From Mizuhopecten yessoensis (Eukaryota): a stretch of DNA of 64,000 nucleotides. The position numbers were made by a program, and so were the translations under genes. The stretch spans positions 125,896 to 189,895 of the forward strand of contig NW_018407883.1 of assembly GCF_002113885.1 (NCBI RefSeq), given 5' to 3'. Each line of letters opens with the position of its first letter. Position 1 is the first letter of the stretch. A model generated the notes under the pieces. It was not told the origin of the DNA. It was given only the letters and a program-made list of their open reading frames with translations, and ran no database searches. Positions 38,501 through 50,502 of the stretch are shown in pieces.

Positions 38501-41500
38501 ACTCGAGGCTCTTACATGTATGCCTGTGATGGGCTTGCCACAGCGATCATGCCTGGACTTGTGGCAACCCTTACAAGGGAAGAAGTGGCATGCCGGGGTT
38601 GACTTTTAGATCTACAGTACCTTGCGGGCAGCGTGCTACCGTGGCTTTTCTCCCCCTCCGATGATGGCACCTCATCCATAATCTCTGTAACACCAGAACC
38701 AGTAAAAGTGGCTGTATATAATGATGTACTTTAGCGGAAAACAGCGACATATATTTATAATGTGAAACAATATTAATATACTTTGGATCGGTAAGATCTT
38801 TCATATTATTGATTATTTGAAATAATTGAATAACAATTTTTTTCAAGTTCAGAATCCCATGAATTCAAATTTTGGATGCTTACTTTGCTGATCGAGCATT
38901 TTGATTTATATAAAGACTTCTTAGAATTTAGTGGAGCTTATTGTACAAATTTAAATGAACCTTTTGAATTGAAATTAACAACTTTTTTTTAGCAGATGAG
39001 TATAGAAATGAATAACTTTACAATGTTTAAAGCTTTACTCTTTGTATCGCATCTTTTTTTGTATAATGTAGACTATTTTTTATTTAATGTCAGAGGTAAA
39101 TATTTGACAGTAAGAAACACAGAACTATGACAAAGTCTTAAAGATTTCTATTTTACATGATAGATTTCTATTTTACATGATAATGTATAAAATTTTGTAA
39201 TAAGTTTAGACGCAAATTGGACCTGGTCCTGACGTTAAAGCAACTTACTAAGTTCACTGATGTCTCCAGCACTGCCAAACTTGTTCTTGATGAGGTGAGC
39301 GAACTCCTTGGGTTTTGACACGATGGTACTGAGAAACAAAACAAAGGGTAAAATTGCAAAATAATAAATACTAAAATCAGATTTTTTTCATATTCCTAAA
39401 TACTTTTCAAATGTGTGCATTATTTAAGGTTTCCATGTAATTTTGATCTGATTGAGTGATTAACTCATTCACCCTTGATGACACATTTGAACTCCTCCAA
39501 TTCAAAGGTTGGAATAGTTCATTATGAAATTTCAGGGGTGAATGAGTTAAGAATGCTCTTCAAAATGAGAATAATCAGAATGGTCTAATCAATATAGAGT
39601 TTACCCCTCACTACAGCTTTTTTAACACTTCATCTCATTTTAGGTTAGGTCTGCATTAAACCCCCAAATTATATCTATGCATCCACAGATTGTAAGAATG
39701 AAATATAAGGAGAAATAGCGGCACTAGTGTGGCAGACTCAACATTTAACCTCAACCCCATATTTACCCTGCTTCCTATTTTGTTTAAAAGTTAAATCTAA
39801 GTTCTGTTTTCTATGTCCTAGGCTCGGTTATAAATGTAACAAGGACGTAAAGCCCCATCAATCAATCAATCAATGAGTCCATCAATGAATCACTCAATCA
39901 ATAATCAATCAATCAATCAATCAATCAAGTGTTATGATAACACCCGGGGTGATTAACAGAACAAATATGGTATGTATATACTGTAATACTTACTCTTTGG
40001 CACCTTTGATATTATCCACTACACCCCTGGAAAAAACAAAGAGAAATGGTATTTACAAATTAAAATCAATTAAAAAATATTGTTAAAATAAATAATAATA
40101 TATGGGAATTAAAACGGTAACGAAGCAACTTTTTTAATTTCATTTGAATTATTTGCACCCTGGTCTGCAGTCAATGATCCGTTTCACTGATACTAAGTTC
40201 ACAATAAACACAAAACATGATAGGGGAAAAAGATCTGAAAGTCCTTACATCTGGGTCCAATCTGTTACGTAAGAAATTTGCGAATAAAATCTGTTAGAAA
40301 ATTATAACTTTGATCAATGGTGAAAACTCCTTGGCAAACTCAATGTAATATCATGGAAGAAAGGATTGCAAGACAATAATACCTTGAAATAAAATTCTAA
40401 TATCTCAGCTGTACTGACAAACAGTCTGAAATACTTTGAAGTCAAATAAGGCTAAAAAAACTGCCTGAAGCTTAACAAAAAAACCCACCAAACAAGAAAA
40501 TAAAACAAATAAAAATTAAAATAAAAAGAACATACGCAATATAAACCATTTGACAGCAGAAACCTAGTAAGTCTGACCTTTGACCTTATGAAATACCAGA
40601 ATATTAGCAGTCTGGCTAAATCTTCAACTTCCAGGAAAATTACATTTGTTTTAAATGTCAAAAATGTCAAGACAAAAACAAAAGAAGGTTCCAATCTGCT
40701 TAATGACATCAAATAGTAACAACCAAGAAGAAACCAATGCTCCAAAAAATCCACAAAAACTGAAGTGTAAGGGAAGCCAACTTAAATAAATACGGGAATT
40801 CAAAGAAAGTGGATGTGTCACCCAACCCCCAGGGCTGCATGATCATGTTTATTTTCAGTTTTGGTATAAAATCAAACGGAGAGATGATCTGCCATCTTGC
40901 GAACTATGAATACTATCAGGTCTCCACCCCCTGGATCACTACCACCTTATTGGAATTGACCCCATTGCAGGGACGTCGGGTCTCTATATAGCTCCTCTAC
41001 ACCTTACATTTACATCATCACTTCTAACCCAAAATGTTTAAATAAAACCTTTACAAACCAAAAACTGGAAAATAATAGCATATTAACACCATCAGATTTA
41101 ACTCGCAAAATAACTACAGAAATTTGTCAATAACTAAAAAAACAACAAAAAAATCACATAACAATAACAGTTCAAGCAGTCAACAAACCCAGACAAGGGG
41201 AGATAGGGGATGTAAAAGGTGACGGACAATGGATTGTACCCTCATAAATCATGCAAAATTCATGACATATGACAGAAAAACAAGAAAGTCATACATACCG
41301 ATTAAATAATTACACTTTTGTTTGTGAAATCAAACATGCATTAACCAAGAGATTCAAGAAGAACGTTGGTAACCTTATCAAAAGATCATGGAGTGCTGCT
41401 GGTACTTAATGTATGTATATAGGTTGCTTTCTCTGTTTTTTTCTTTCCTTGAACAAGCACAATTGTCACTAAGTTACCAAGGAGATCATGCGAATCAAAT

Positions 41501-44290
41501 ACTAACATGATCGTTCTGGGGCGTGTTCTAAGCTAGATTATCTGATTCATCAAGTTTCAACATGATCCCTTAGGTATTTCCAACAAAATTTTATAACAAT
41601 CTTCACACGCATACTCTAAAGATTGCTGACATTCTGCTTATCTGATCTGTCTCAAACTGAACCATACACAACAACAGACCTAGGAGATCACATATACCAA
41701 GCTTTACCATGATACCTTCAGCAGTTACATAGAAATAGCAGTTACAAACTTCACATGCAAAATGCAAGATGACCGCCCTGCTGCCATTTTGTTTTTATGA
41801 TCAATCTCAAATGAAAGCATGCACAACTATATATGGACCACAGGAAACATGTTTGGAGATTTCAGTAGTAGGGAAAAAGCAACAACAAACAATTGAATTG
41901 TTCACAAAATAACTGTCTGATGATGGCAGGCTAAACATACTATTAATTAAAAGGGAAAACATGAAGAAGAATAAAGTGAAACAATCAAAGCACGTTTTTC
42001 CAAAATCAAAAACCTCCACCAAATATTTTCCGCTTAAATAATCGGTGTGAGCTTTATTCCCAGCCCTAACAGAGATTCTGTAGAATCTCTAAACCCAAGT
42101 TTGTTCTCACCAAGAAGGCTTAGAACCATGTTTTTTCCAAACAGAACGCCATAGTAAAGGTCTGTAAAAGTACAATATTACGCTTAGTGTCAGAGAAAGA
42201 CCTCAATGTGATGTTATCAGGGGTTATCTGACCTTGAGGTAGGGCAAGATGTTTGTTAAAAGTTAAAAATAAACAGGTTGAAAATGGGACTAATCACTTA
42301 AAACTCCTAACACACAAATGTACTTTCACAGGTTTTCATCTTAAAGAGTAAAAAAAAAAAAAACTTTTACATCATGTCATTTGAGTTTATTCAGATTGAT
42401 GTAATGTAAGCTATTAATTCAAAACTTATTTACTGTTAGCTATTTCAGACAGATGATATGGAAGTTAATTCAAAACTGAGGTGATGTGAGCTTAATTCAG
42501 ACAGATGTTTTGTGAGCTAATTGAGACAGATGTTATGTGAGCTAATTCAGACAGACGTTATGTGAGCTAATTCAGACAGACGTTTTGTGAGCTAATTCAG
42601 ACAGATGTTGTGTGAGCTTATTCAGACAGATGTTATGTGAGCTTATTCAGACAGATGTTATATGAGCTAATTCAGACAGATGTTATGTGAGCTAAGATGT
42701 TATGTGAGTCAATTCAGACGGACACTACATGAGCTTATTCAAAACTTATGTAATGTGAGTTAATTCCAGAATCAAGAACAGAAAATACATCTATACATCA
42801 GTTAACGATAGGTCAGCTATATATTTACACATAAGGAAAGTATGATGCCTTTAACTGTGACCATTAATACTTACTTAAGTCCCTGGCCCATGTCCCGTAG
42901 AACTTCCCTCGCCTGCTTATGTCCAGACACACCATACGTTTCTATATCACTTAAACGTTTATGATAGTTCTCCAGTTTTTTCTGGAGGTGACTAATTGTC
43001 TGTGTGGATTTCTGATTTTTCTTCTCAAACATTGTTTTAATCCGCTGTAACTGTTGTTTGTCAGCACCAGTACTGGCAGCAAGCTTCAGGTATTCGTTGA
43101 CATTTTCTGTAGAAAGAAGAATATATTATTTTTACCAATAAAAACTCTCTGTCTTTTGTTCTATTTTTTATATTTAATTCCAACACAAGGACTTCTCAAT
43201 GTTTTTTTTATTTTTACCATATATTTACATCTCTCCCTTCTTCAGCTTTGTAAACTCTGACTGCCTATAAATGAACACCATTACAATTTGTTCGTTGCCA
43301 ACTGCGTTTATACTACCGTGTATGCCATCAAAATAGAGGTCAAACCTTATATATACAATAGCATCAATATTCTTCTGAACTATATTTTTGACAGTATATC
43401 CCATTTTTATGTTTTTCAACCTTGTTTCAATAACGTGGGAAAAAAGGGGAAAAAACAAAGAATTATCTCCACCTTCTTTGGCAGCTTGTTCCGCCTTGAT
43501 CATCTCCATGGTTCGGCGTATTTTGGCCTGAGTCTGTTCAATGGCGGTTTTGGTCCTGAGTGGGTCATGGGTATGAGTGTCTGTGGGTGTGGGACCGTCC
43601 ATTTCGTCCATCCCTCCCTCCCCACTGCTCCCATTTTCGCGACTGCTCACTTCCACCTAAGATACCAGAAAACATTGACAATGAAAGTTTAATTTGTATC
43701 CAGCTCAAATTCTTAACAAATTTTCACTTATATATTAGTTAAATTTTGAGTACTCGTAAAAGATTCATACTTTTGTAACATCAGTTTGTGATGACGGAGC
43801 TTCTGAACCAACTGGTCCTGATGTCATTCTTTCCTAATTACCTTTTAATATCTTTTTGTATGAAATTTTGAAATAAGATTTCATCACCATTATTAAGATT
43901 TTCAGGTGGTTTTTTTGCAGCTTAATTTCAAATTTCCATTTTTCTCTATTCACTACCTGGGTATCTCTTAAAATAAAATAAACTAGACATCGGAAAAATT
44001 GCCTGTTTACTCATTTATCAGCATCATATGAGAGAAAAAGAACTACAAAAGGGAGATAATTCTGATCACTCACACTGTCCAGGTCCTCGGTACTGCTGCG
44101 CAGCATCTGTTGCTGGTCGTCCGTGTACGGGACCCCCAGATTAGACCCTGCTCGTGGCTTCGTTGTTGCTGCACTCATTGCCTCCTGGGAAGGGGTCACC
44201 GGGTGCTTTTTGGGCAGACTAGGACTTTTAGAGACGCCTTTCTTCTGAAGGCCCTTTAATGCTGGTATTTTACTGGCATCTGACTTTTTC
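23449..44290 (-). CDS. TMCC1: Transmembrane and coiled-coil domain family protein (TMCC1/2/3 co-ortholog; Drosophila Dementin-like), spliced
   Basis: Exons: 44290-44074, 43656-43473, 43106-42875, 40026-39994, 39328-39249, 38684(or 38711)-38621, 29334-29109, 26378-26157, 25939-25761, 23575-23449. All introns are GT-AG and phases are consistent. Hallmark TMCC sequences: [84 protein letters not shown], plus two C-terminal TM helices. Confidence 0.93.
23652..24690. repeat. 65-bp minisatellite, about 16 copies, in the last TMCC intron
   Basis: Unit TGGTTATATTTGTGTAATTTGACAGTTAACATTGCTATTGTTATCCCTGTGACCCGGGACTTCGG. Confidence 0.95.
25761..25939 (-). CDS. TMCC1: TMCC exon (first TM helix)
   Basis: cacag|GTA...AG|gtaag; [59 protein letters not shown]. 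Confidence 0.95.
26157..26378 (-). CDS. TMCC1: TMCC exon (second coiled coil)
   Basis: tgcag|GTT...AGA|gtgagt; [38 protein letters not shown]...SLENCQTR. Confidence 0.95.
26560..26730 (+). mobile_element. tRNA-derived interspersed repeat (SINE-like)
   Basis: A box GTAGCTCAGTTGGTTAGAG and B box GGTTCGAATCC, but no valid anticodon arm. A diverged relative lies at 36787-36935. Confidence 0.65.
26950..27760. repeat. Degenerate tandem repeat of about 20/40 bp (AGCCTTCAAAC core)
   Basis: Alternating AGCCTTCAAACTTACACAGT and GGCCTTCAAACATTCTCTTT sub-units. Confidence 0.85.
27803..29113 (-). repeat. 41-bp minisatellite, about 32 copies, derived from the TMCC exon/intron junction at 29109
   Basis: Minus-strand unit ACAGG|GTGAGTGATTAGGGTTGTAGAGAAGGTTTGGTAGTT; the first unit is the authentic donor. 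Confidence 0.95.
29109..29334 (-). CDS. TMCC1: TMCC exon
   Basis: ttacag|T TTT AAG TAT GGG...TAC AGG|gtgagt; [26 protein letters not shown]...[27 protein letters not shown]. Confidence 0.9.
30060..32405 (-). repeat. 34-bp near-perfect minisatellite, about 69 copies
   Basis: Plus unit TATACACTGACAGTCAAACCTACTCCCTTACCTT; the minus (TMCC sense) strand contains AAG|GTAAGG. Confidence 0.97.
32484..34063. mobile_element. TIR DNA transposon (Mutator/MULE-like by its 9-bp TSD) spanning the assembly gap
   Basis: Imperfect TIRs of about 70 bp: CATCCTCGATATCCAGGGGTAACGCT...CATAACAAAATTGAA and TTCAATTTTGCTATG...CTGGATATCGCGGATG. Exact 9-bp direct repeat AGGTCAGGT at 32475-32483 and 34064-34072. Confidence 0.85.
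32824..33804. other. Assembly gap (981 N)
   Basis: Run of N. Confidence 1.
34613..34802. mobile_element. Palindromic MITE (about 190 bp, TA-flanked), copy 2
   Basis: Same termini as 17771-17959, with scattered internal substitutions. Confidence 0.9.
36434..36646. mobile_element. Degenerate hAT-like MITE
   Basis: Termini CAGGGCTA...TAGCCTTG with internal CCACTAGTC/GACTAGT motifs; a similar element lies at 49870-50037 (CAGAGGTGTAC...GTTCACCCCTG). Confidence 0.45.
38621..38684 (-). CDS. TMCC1: TMCC exon (alternative in-frame acceptor at 38711)
   Basis: ttacag|AG ATT ATG...GCA AG|gtactg; [21 protein letters not shown]. This exon supplies the required phase 1 to phase 2 bridge. Confidence 0.78.
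39249..39328 (-). CDS. TMCC1: TMCC exon
   Basis: ctcag|T...A|gtaagt; [26 protein letters not shown]. Confidence 0.92.
39460..39550. mobile_element. About 90-bp TTAA-flanked MITE (piggyBac-like)
   Basis: TTAA CTCATTCACCC...GGGTGAATGAG TTAA; relatives at 16764-16861, 18124-18190, 53930-54026, 63185-63277 and 63529-63619. Confidence 0.8.
39832..39927 (+). repeat. Retroposon 3' tail with (CAAT)n microsatellite
   Basis: ...AAGGACGTAAAGCCCC followed by (ATCA)n; resembles the tail of the SINE at 58720-58947. Confidence 0.6.
39994..40026 (-). CDS. TMCC1: TMCC 33-nt micro-exon
   Basis: tttttccag|GGGTGTAGTGGATAATATCAAAGGTGCCAAAGA|gtaagt; [10 protein letters not shown]; symmetric phase 2-2. Confidence 0.75.
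42400..42770. repeat. 25-bp minisatellite
   Basis: Unit TTCAGACAGATGTTATGTGAGCTAA, about 10 clear copies with degenerate flanks. Confidence 0.88.
42875..43106 (-). CDS. TMCC1: TMCC exon (first coiled coil)
   Basis: acag|AA...AA|gtaagt; [52 protein letters not shown]...VLRDMGQGL. Confidence 0.95.
43473..43656 (-). CDS. TMCC1: TMCC exon
   Basis: ttag|GTG...GAA G|gtggag; [12 protein letters not shown]...[31 protein letters not shown]. Confidence 0.9.
44074..44290 (-). CDS. TMCC1: TMCC exon (N-terminal low-complexity region)
   Basis: ttttag|G AAA AAG...GAC AGT|gtgagt; [38 protein letters not shown]...RSSTEDLDS. Confidence 0.8.
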
Positions 44291-46279
44291 CTAAAATCAA
44301 AAAAAAATCTATATTATATAGACAAATATATCAGATAAACAATGGAGGTGAAAGGTCGCTGTAGATAGATTTATATAGAGATAGTTACATATGGGACAAG
44401 GCAGTGATTCCAACAGTGTCCATTATATGTCAAACTTCCGGAGCAATCAACTCCTTAATGGTTATAGTCATATAGGTATTATAGAAAGCTCATATAATGG
44501 TTAACTTATATATCGATGATTTCCAATATTTATTATAAATATAGTCTATCTGTATACATGTTTATTAGTTCTGTTTAACACGAAGAAAATAGAAATTCTG
44601 TTTAAAGAAAACTAAATATAATTTCTGTATCAAAATTGATTTGATTTGAAGTTAGAGTTTATTTATGAATTACCTGGTAGGATTTTCAGAAAGAAATAAA
44701 CACAAATAATTTGTGACATTAACTTCGGGTGACTGGGATTGTACACAAAACTGATACTGTAATCAACACACTGGACATTACATAACCAGATACTGTAATC
44801 AACACCTGGGGAGCTGATAACAATAAACCATGAATCATGATTTTTTTATAAAATGATTAAACTCTGACAAACAGGACACCAATCAATGTAAAATCTCGTC
44901 CCAGACAAATTATAACTCGGGGATACCAGACCAGACTCCTGACTCACAGAGTGATTCACCTAACCCAACAGCCAGCTCATTCACAACGCTTCATTTTCTA
45001 AACTCTAATCTTAAAACTACCTCATCAAACTTAAATTACAATAAACTGATCTGAAATTATAAACTTTGTATAACAGTTTTAATAACCAACTCACTTGTCT
45101 AAATTAGAATTACAGGGAATATCTAAATTTGTAATAATTAACCAGATGAATTTCTAACTTCCCTATAGTTACAAATTGTTATCTTGCAATTAAAGGATAT
45201 AGGTGAACTTTCAAAAATAATTAAAACTTCATATTTATCATTTATGAATATAAGCTTTCAATGATGAAAACGAAAGCTGACATTTTCAGTTTTGTACAAG
45301 AAATCCCAGAAACGATGATTGAGATCACACATATAAGCCATTCATATGTCAACACCTAATAAAGATTGGAAGAGTTGATCAATCCAGTAAATAAAGGACA
45401 AAGAAAGCATCAATGCTTTTGCTAATTAAATCCGGTATCATCAGTTTTAGGAGAAAGTAAAAAAAGAATTATAGGTCACACATGTAGATCAATACACTAT
45501 AGTAGACCAAACAGAAAATCTAGTTTAGTAATCAGATCCCATCACACACTTTATCAAAATCACATGCACACGTTTGTCTAAGAACTTAAATGTAAATATA
45601 CATGTACAATCAAACCTGCATTGAAAACCAGAATCATCCATCTTAAATTGGACTCAATAATTGGTATATCAATGAGCTACTGTAATTACCTGTGTTAAAT
45701 TGTCTACAAAACTTATCATCTGATCCATTGATCTCACGTGTTCCCCTCCTTTTCTATAGTGAACAATGTTAGATTGTTTGCTGTATAAGTAAGGAAACAT
45801 TACCAGATAGATACTTAAGGTGCTTTGACTTAGGTAAACCAGAAGCACTTTTTGTAAATCTTTAAGCAGAAGAATTTTGTTATCAACAAAATCCCTGCTG
45901 AATATTTTATAAACTTGACTTGCTGAAGTAGACGCCTGCTATTGTCGTTTACCCTATCACACAACAGTACATCTGATTAATTCTGTCATTAGTTCTTCAA
46001 GGCGATTGATTTTCTCTGAGCCGCAAGCACACATACGTTACCAAGTAATCATCCACATCGAACAACACAGGTCATGTGACCTGATCTCATAGCCTCTGAG
46101 TTACATGAATGAAACAAAAAATGTGTTACAGGAATTTGTATATATCATACCATATTTCCTCAATAACAACCCCCTATGCTATTACATGTTTTCTCAATAA
46201 CATCTTTCACTATTACTATGTCACCCTGTTGAAATACTAGCTGCTTTCCTACTGACTTGGCTGGGGAGAATTGATCTTA

Positions 46280-46980
46280 AGCTCATTAATGGTAGAGTGT
46301 AAGACTAGTCAACCAGAGGTTCTGGGTTCGACTCCTAGCGGAGGCAATAAGTATGCTATGGACCAGTGAAGCACAGTGGTATAACACATCAGTCTAAAGC
46401 CTGAATGACTAGGTTTGAATCTCACTAACAACAGAACAAGACACTTTATATATGTGTTGCAGTGTCCACTCGAACTACCAAAAGATGTGTATGATGTGGA
46501 AAGGTTGGTGATAACAGCACCTGTGCTGCAGTATATTTAAGTGGTAGTTGTCACTATAAATGAGCCCTTGGAAACACTGACTCATAACAAAGAGAACACA
46601 AATACAACCCCCTGCATTCGCACATATGGAGGCAGGGTAGGTACATATAGTGTAGGAAGTGGTAAACACTGGTGGCAGAATGGGACTGGGTCGATTTACG
46701 CCAGCAACCGTGTTGCTCAATTCATTAGAGCGTTTGTCTAGAATTCAGAAGGTCTTAGGTTTGAATCTTCTTTTACAGTGGTGCAGTTACATGTACCAAA
46801 TCTTATTTTCAGTATTGGGTGTCAAATGCTTGTGACGAGAATACCTTCTGGGGCAAAGACTCAGTACAAGGAGGAGGAATTGTTGCACAACTGGAAATGG
46901 TAACCACTGAAAACCTGAGCTAGCTCATACTGTTAGAGCATCCGTCTATAGTATGGAGGGCCTGGGTTCAAATCTCTCAA
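46280..46980 (+). repeat. Cluster of four degenerate tRNA-like (A box/B box) modules
   Basis: Modules at about 46280-46346, 46370-46430, 46710-46770 and 46915-46978, each (T)AGC(T/A)CA..G(G)T(A)AGA..GGTT(C/T)(G/A)A(A/C)TC. Confidence 0.6.
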
Positions 46981-47894
46981 TTTCTGGGGGAGTGGGGTTT
47001 GGAGTTTCCTATTCCAAGACATTTCAATGCTATTTAAAATCCATCTTGTGGATGGTGTCAAAATGAATACCACATTGATACATCTAAGATACTTTTAATA
47101 TTCTGATGTATCGAGTACAAAGTACTTTGTGCTTTTCCATTTTACTTCGAAACTATAACTTATTAACAACGATTTGTTTTTAAACCTCAAAAGAGACAGA
47201 CCATTTCTATCTGTATTGAAAAACTGTTTTTTGTTGTTGACATGTGTGTTTATAAGAATAGATACGGTAGACCAATCCTCTTATTGTGTCAGATTTACTG
47301 TCAGCTGGTCCTATGATATACATACAGCCTTCCAATAACTATTCACTTACTCACTGTTGTCAGCACTGCAGCTAGCTAGCTCTCATACTTCCAAAAACAA
47401 TTCTGTTATTGAATTTGAAGGTAATTTCTGTCAAGCGTTTCGCAGAAAACAAATTTCTATAAGATAGATATCGACTAAGCCCTTCCTTGTTGGTTTGTGA
47501 GTGCAATCTCAGTCATTTTAAGAGATTTGTTTCCTGAATCATTGTTAAAGCTGATATTCCATATTAAGGAAAATCATGGAGTATAATTCCCAAGTGGCTT
47601 TGGGTAATACACGGGTGTTTTATACAATAAACTGATAACAGTCCAATAGTGTAAAGTGTTTGCTGTCTATTTTTAATATACTTCAAATACGGTTTAAACA
47701 GCATTTTTTTAACTTCATGCCAGTATGAACACAAATCGGTTACATACATATTCAACTTCCTAAGGGTGTCTTTTGCTCAGGAAATAGCCAGAAATTAATT
47801 TTCATTCACCACATTTATTAGAATGTTTTCCACTTTGGAGAGAAAGACAAAAATTATAACACATGAATAACATTCTTCAACATCCAGCTTGGTT

Positions 47895-49145
47895 TCTGTT
47901 GTTGACAACTAAAAAGAAACCAACATCACTGCAGAGATTTGTTGACAACAGAAAAGACATCAACATCACTACAGAAATTTGTTGACATCTAAAAAGACAC
48001 CAACATCACTGCAGAGAACTGTTGACAACAAATATGACATCAAAATCACAGCAGAGATTTGTTGACAACTAAAAAGAAACCAACACCACTACAGATATTT
48101 GTTGACAACTAAAAAGACACCAAGATCACTGCAGAGATTTGTTGACAACTAAAAAGACACCAAGATCACTGCAGAGATTAGTTGACAACAGAAATGATGC
48201 CAACATCACTGCAGAGATTTGTTGACAACTAAAAAGACACCAAGATCACTACAGAGATTTGTTGACAACTAAAAAGACACCAAGATCACTGCAGAGATTT
48301 GTTGACAACTAAAAAGAAACCAACACCACTACAGAGATTTGTTGACAACTAAAAAGACACCAACATCACTGCAGAGATTTGTTGACAACAGAAATGATGC
48401 CAACATCACTGCAGAGATTTGTTGACAACAGAAATGACACCAACATCATTGCAGAAATTTGTTGACAATGGAAATGACACCAACATCACTGCACAGATTT
48501 GTTGACAACAGAAATGACATCAACATCACTGCAGAAACTTGTTGACAACTAAAAGACACCAACATCACAGCAGAGATTTGTTGACAACATAAATGACATC
48601 AACATCACTGCAGAAATTTGTTGACAACGGAAATGACACCAACATCACTGCAGAGATTTGTTGACAACAGAAATGACATCAACATCACTGCAGAAACTTG
48701 TTGACAACTAAAAGACACCAACATCACAGCAGAGATTTGTTGACAACATAAATGACATCAACATCACTGCAGAAATTTGTTGACAACTACAAAGGCACCA
48801 ACATCACTGCAGAAATTTGTTGACAACGGAAAAGACACCAACATCACTGCAGAGATTTGTTGACAACAGAAATGACATCAACATCACTGCAGAAATTTGT
48901 TGACAACGGAAAAGACACCAACATCACTGCAGAGATTTGTTGACAACATAAATGACATCAACATCACTGCAGAAATTTGTTGACAACATAAATGATACTC
49001 TTCATTGCAGAGATTTGTCAACAATTGAAATTAGCATCAACATGCATACATCACAGCAGAGATTTGTTGACAACAGAAATGACACTCTTCATTGCAGAGA
49101 TTTTTCAATAATAAATTCAACATCAACATCACTGCAGAGATTTGC
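47895..49145. repeat. 40-bp minisatellite, about 30 copies
   Basis: Unit GCAGAGATTTGTTGACAAC(T/A)(A/G)AAA(A/T)GACACCAACATCACT. Confidence 0.95.
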
Positions 49146-50320
49146 ACTAAAATTTCCTGGAATTTCCTTGCCTTGGAAAGCCTTTTTCATAACATCAAAA
49201 ATGTTCAACTGAGTTGAAAATTTTCAGTCTATTAATCAAACAGGAGTTACAGATTCTATTATTTACAGAAGTGCACAGCTGTTATAGCTTGATGGAAAAA
49301 ACATGTCAATAAATATATTTTTAACTGACACAAAAAACAACATAATTAAAAAGTAATTCTGTGAAGACTTGGTCATCAAAACTAGCTAAATGCAGATCTT
49401 GATATTTCTTAAATACTTGATCTCAACACTGCATCTGAAGCAAAATATATAAACTGCAAGGATAAAAATGTTAAGTTTAAGCTTACATGTTGAGTTATTT
49501 TTGTAATGAAGAATTTAAAGGTGAAATATAAGGTTTAACACATGTGTTGTTAGAGTTTAACAATATAGAGTTGTGTGTTAGGAAATTAAAGAGTGACTTT
49601 ATGTAATGTGAAGATATACAAGTCACCAATAATAGAGGTGCAAGTTAAAATTGAAAAATTCTCAAAAAAGTGGAATAGAACAATTAAGTGAATCTTTTGT
49701 AAAACTTTTGTATGTTGTAGATTATCTCAGGTATTTCCTAGGACATACTATGGTTGATACATTTTGTAACATTGTTTTAATATAAGTGATGGCATTCATC
49801 AAGATGCTGCATTTTCACTCTAAATCAATTCTTATGTCACCTTGTGTGTTCTACCTGAACTCTCTATTCCAGAGGTGTACAATTCCACTAGCCCACCACC
49901 CGGGCTAATAACTAAGATGTTTTATTGGGGCTTGTGAAAATTTTCAACATTTAGTTTGAAAATAAAGGTCAGCTAAGCAGAACTTTTTAAATCAAAACTG
50001 CAGGCTATTATTCTAAATATGAAAGTGTTCACCCCTGTATTATAGTCGAATTTTTCCTGAAGATGTAAATTCAATAATAAAGCTCATAAACCTACAACAG
50101 AACACTTCTGGCTTAACTGAAAAAAAGTAAGTAGAAAATAATGACATACATTTCATAATTATGTTTCTATGGTATGGAAAATGTAAAAATAGACAATGTC
50201 CTCCTGCCTCGAGATCACAAGTGGACAGTCCAAATTCTTCATCCCTACAGATCGTCATTAGGACAGCCCAAATGCCTCAACCCTACAGATCACAATAGGA
50301 TAGCCCAATCACAAAGTACA

Positions 50321-50502
50321 GGGGCCTGTTCGTTTATGGGGAACAACCGGTTTTTCTATAAATCCTGGCAGACCTGCAAATATTTATGCAAGCCTTGCAA
50401 GGCTTTGTCAAGGCTCATCTGAAAGCAGCATCAGATAACAAAGTCGAACAATTCTGCTCCAACCGGTTCAACCTTTTGTATCGCAATAAACGAAAGCGGC
50501 CC
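50321..50502. mobile_element. Harbinger/PIF-like MITE remnant
   Basis: Imperfect TIRs GGGCCTGTTCGTTTAT ... ATAAACGAAAGCGGCCC with inner AACCGGTT motifs. Confidence 0.5.

Noticed and set aside
47895-49145. CRISPR-like appearance (GTTGACAAC quasi-palindrome); also the arrays at 23652, 30060 and 61970
   Set aside because: Units are head-to-tail with no unique spacers, there are no cas genes, and the context is eukaryotic and intronic.
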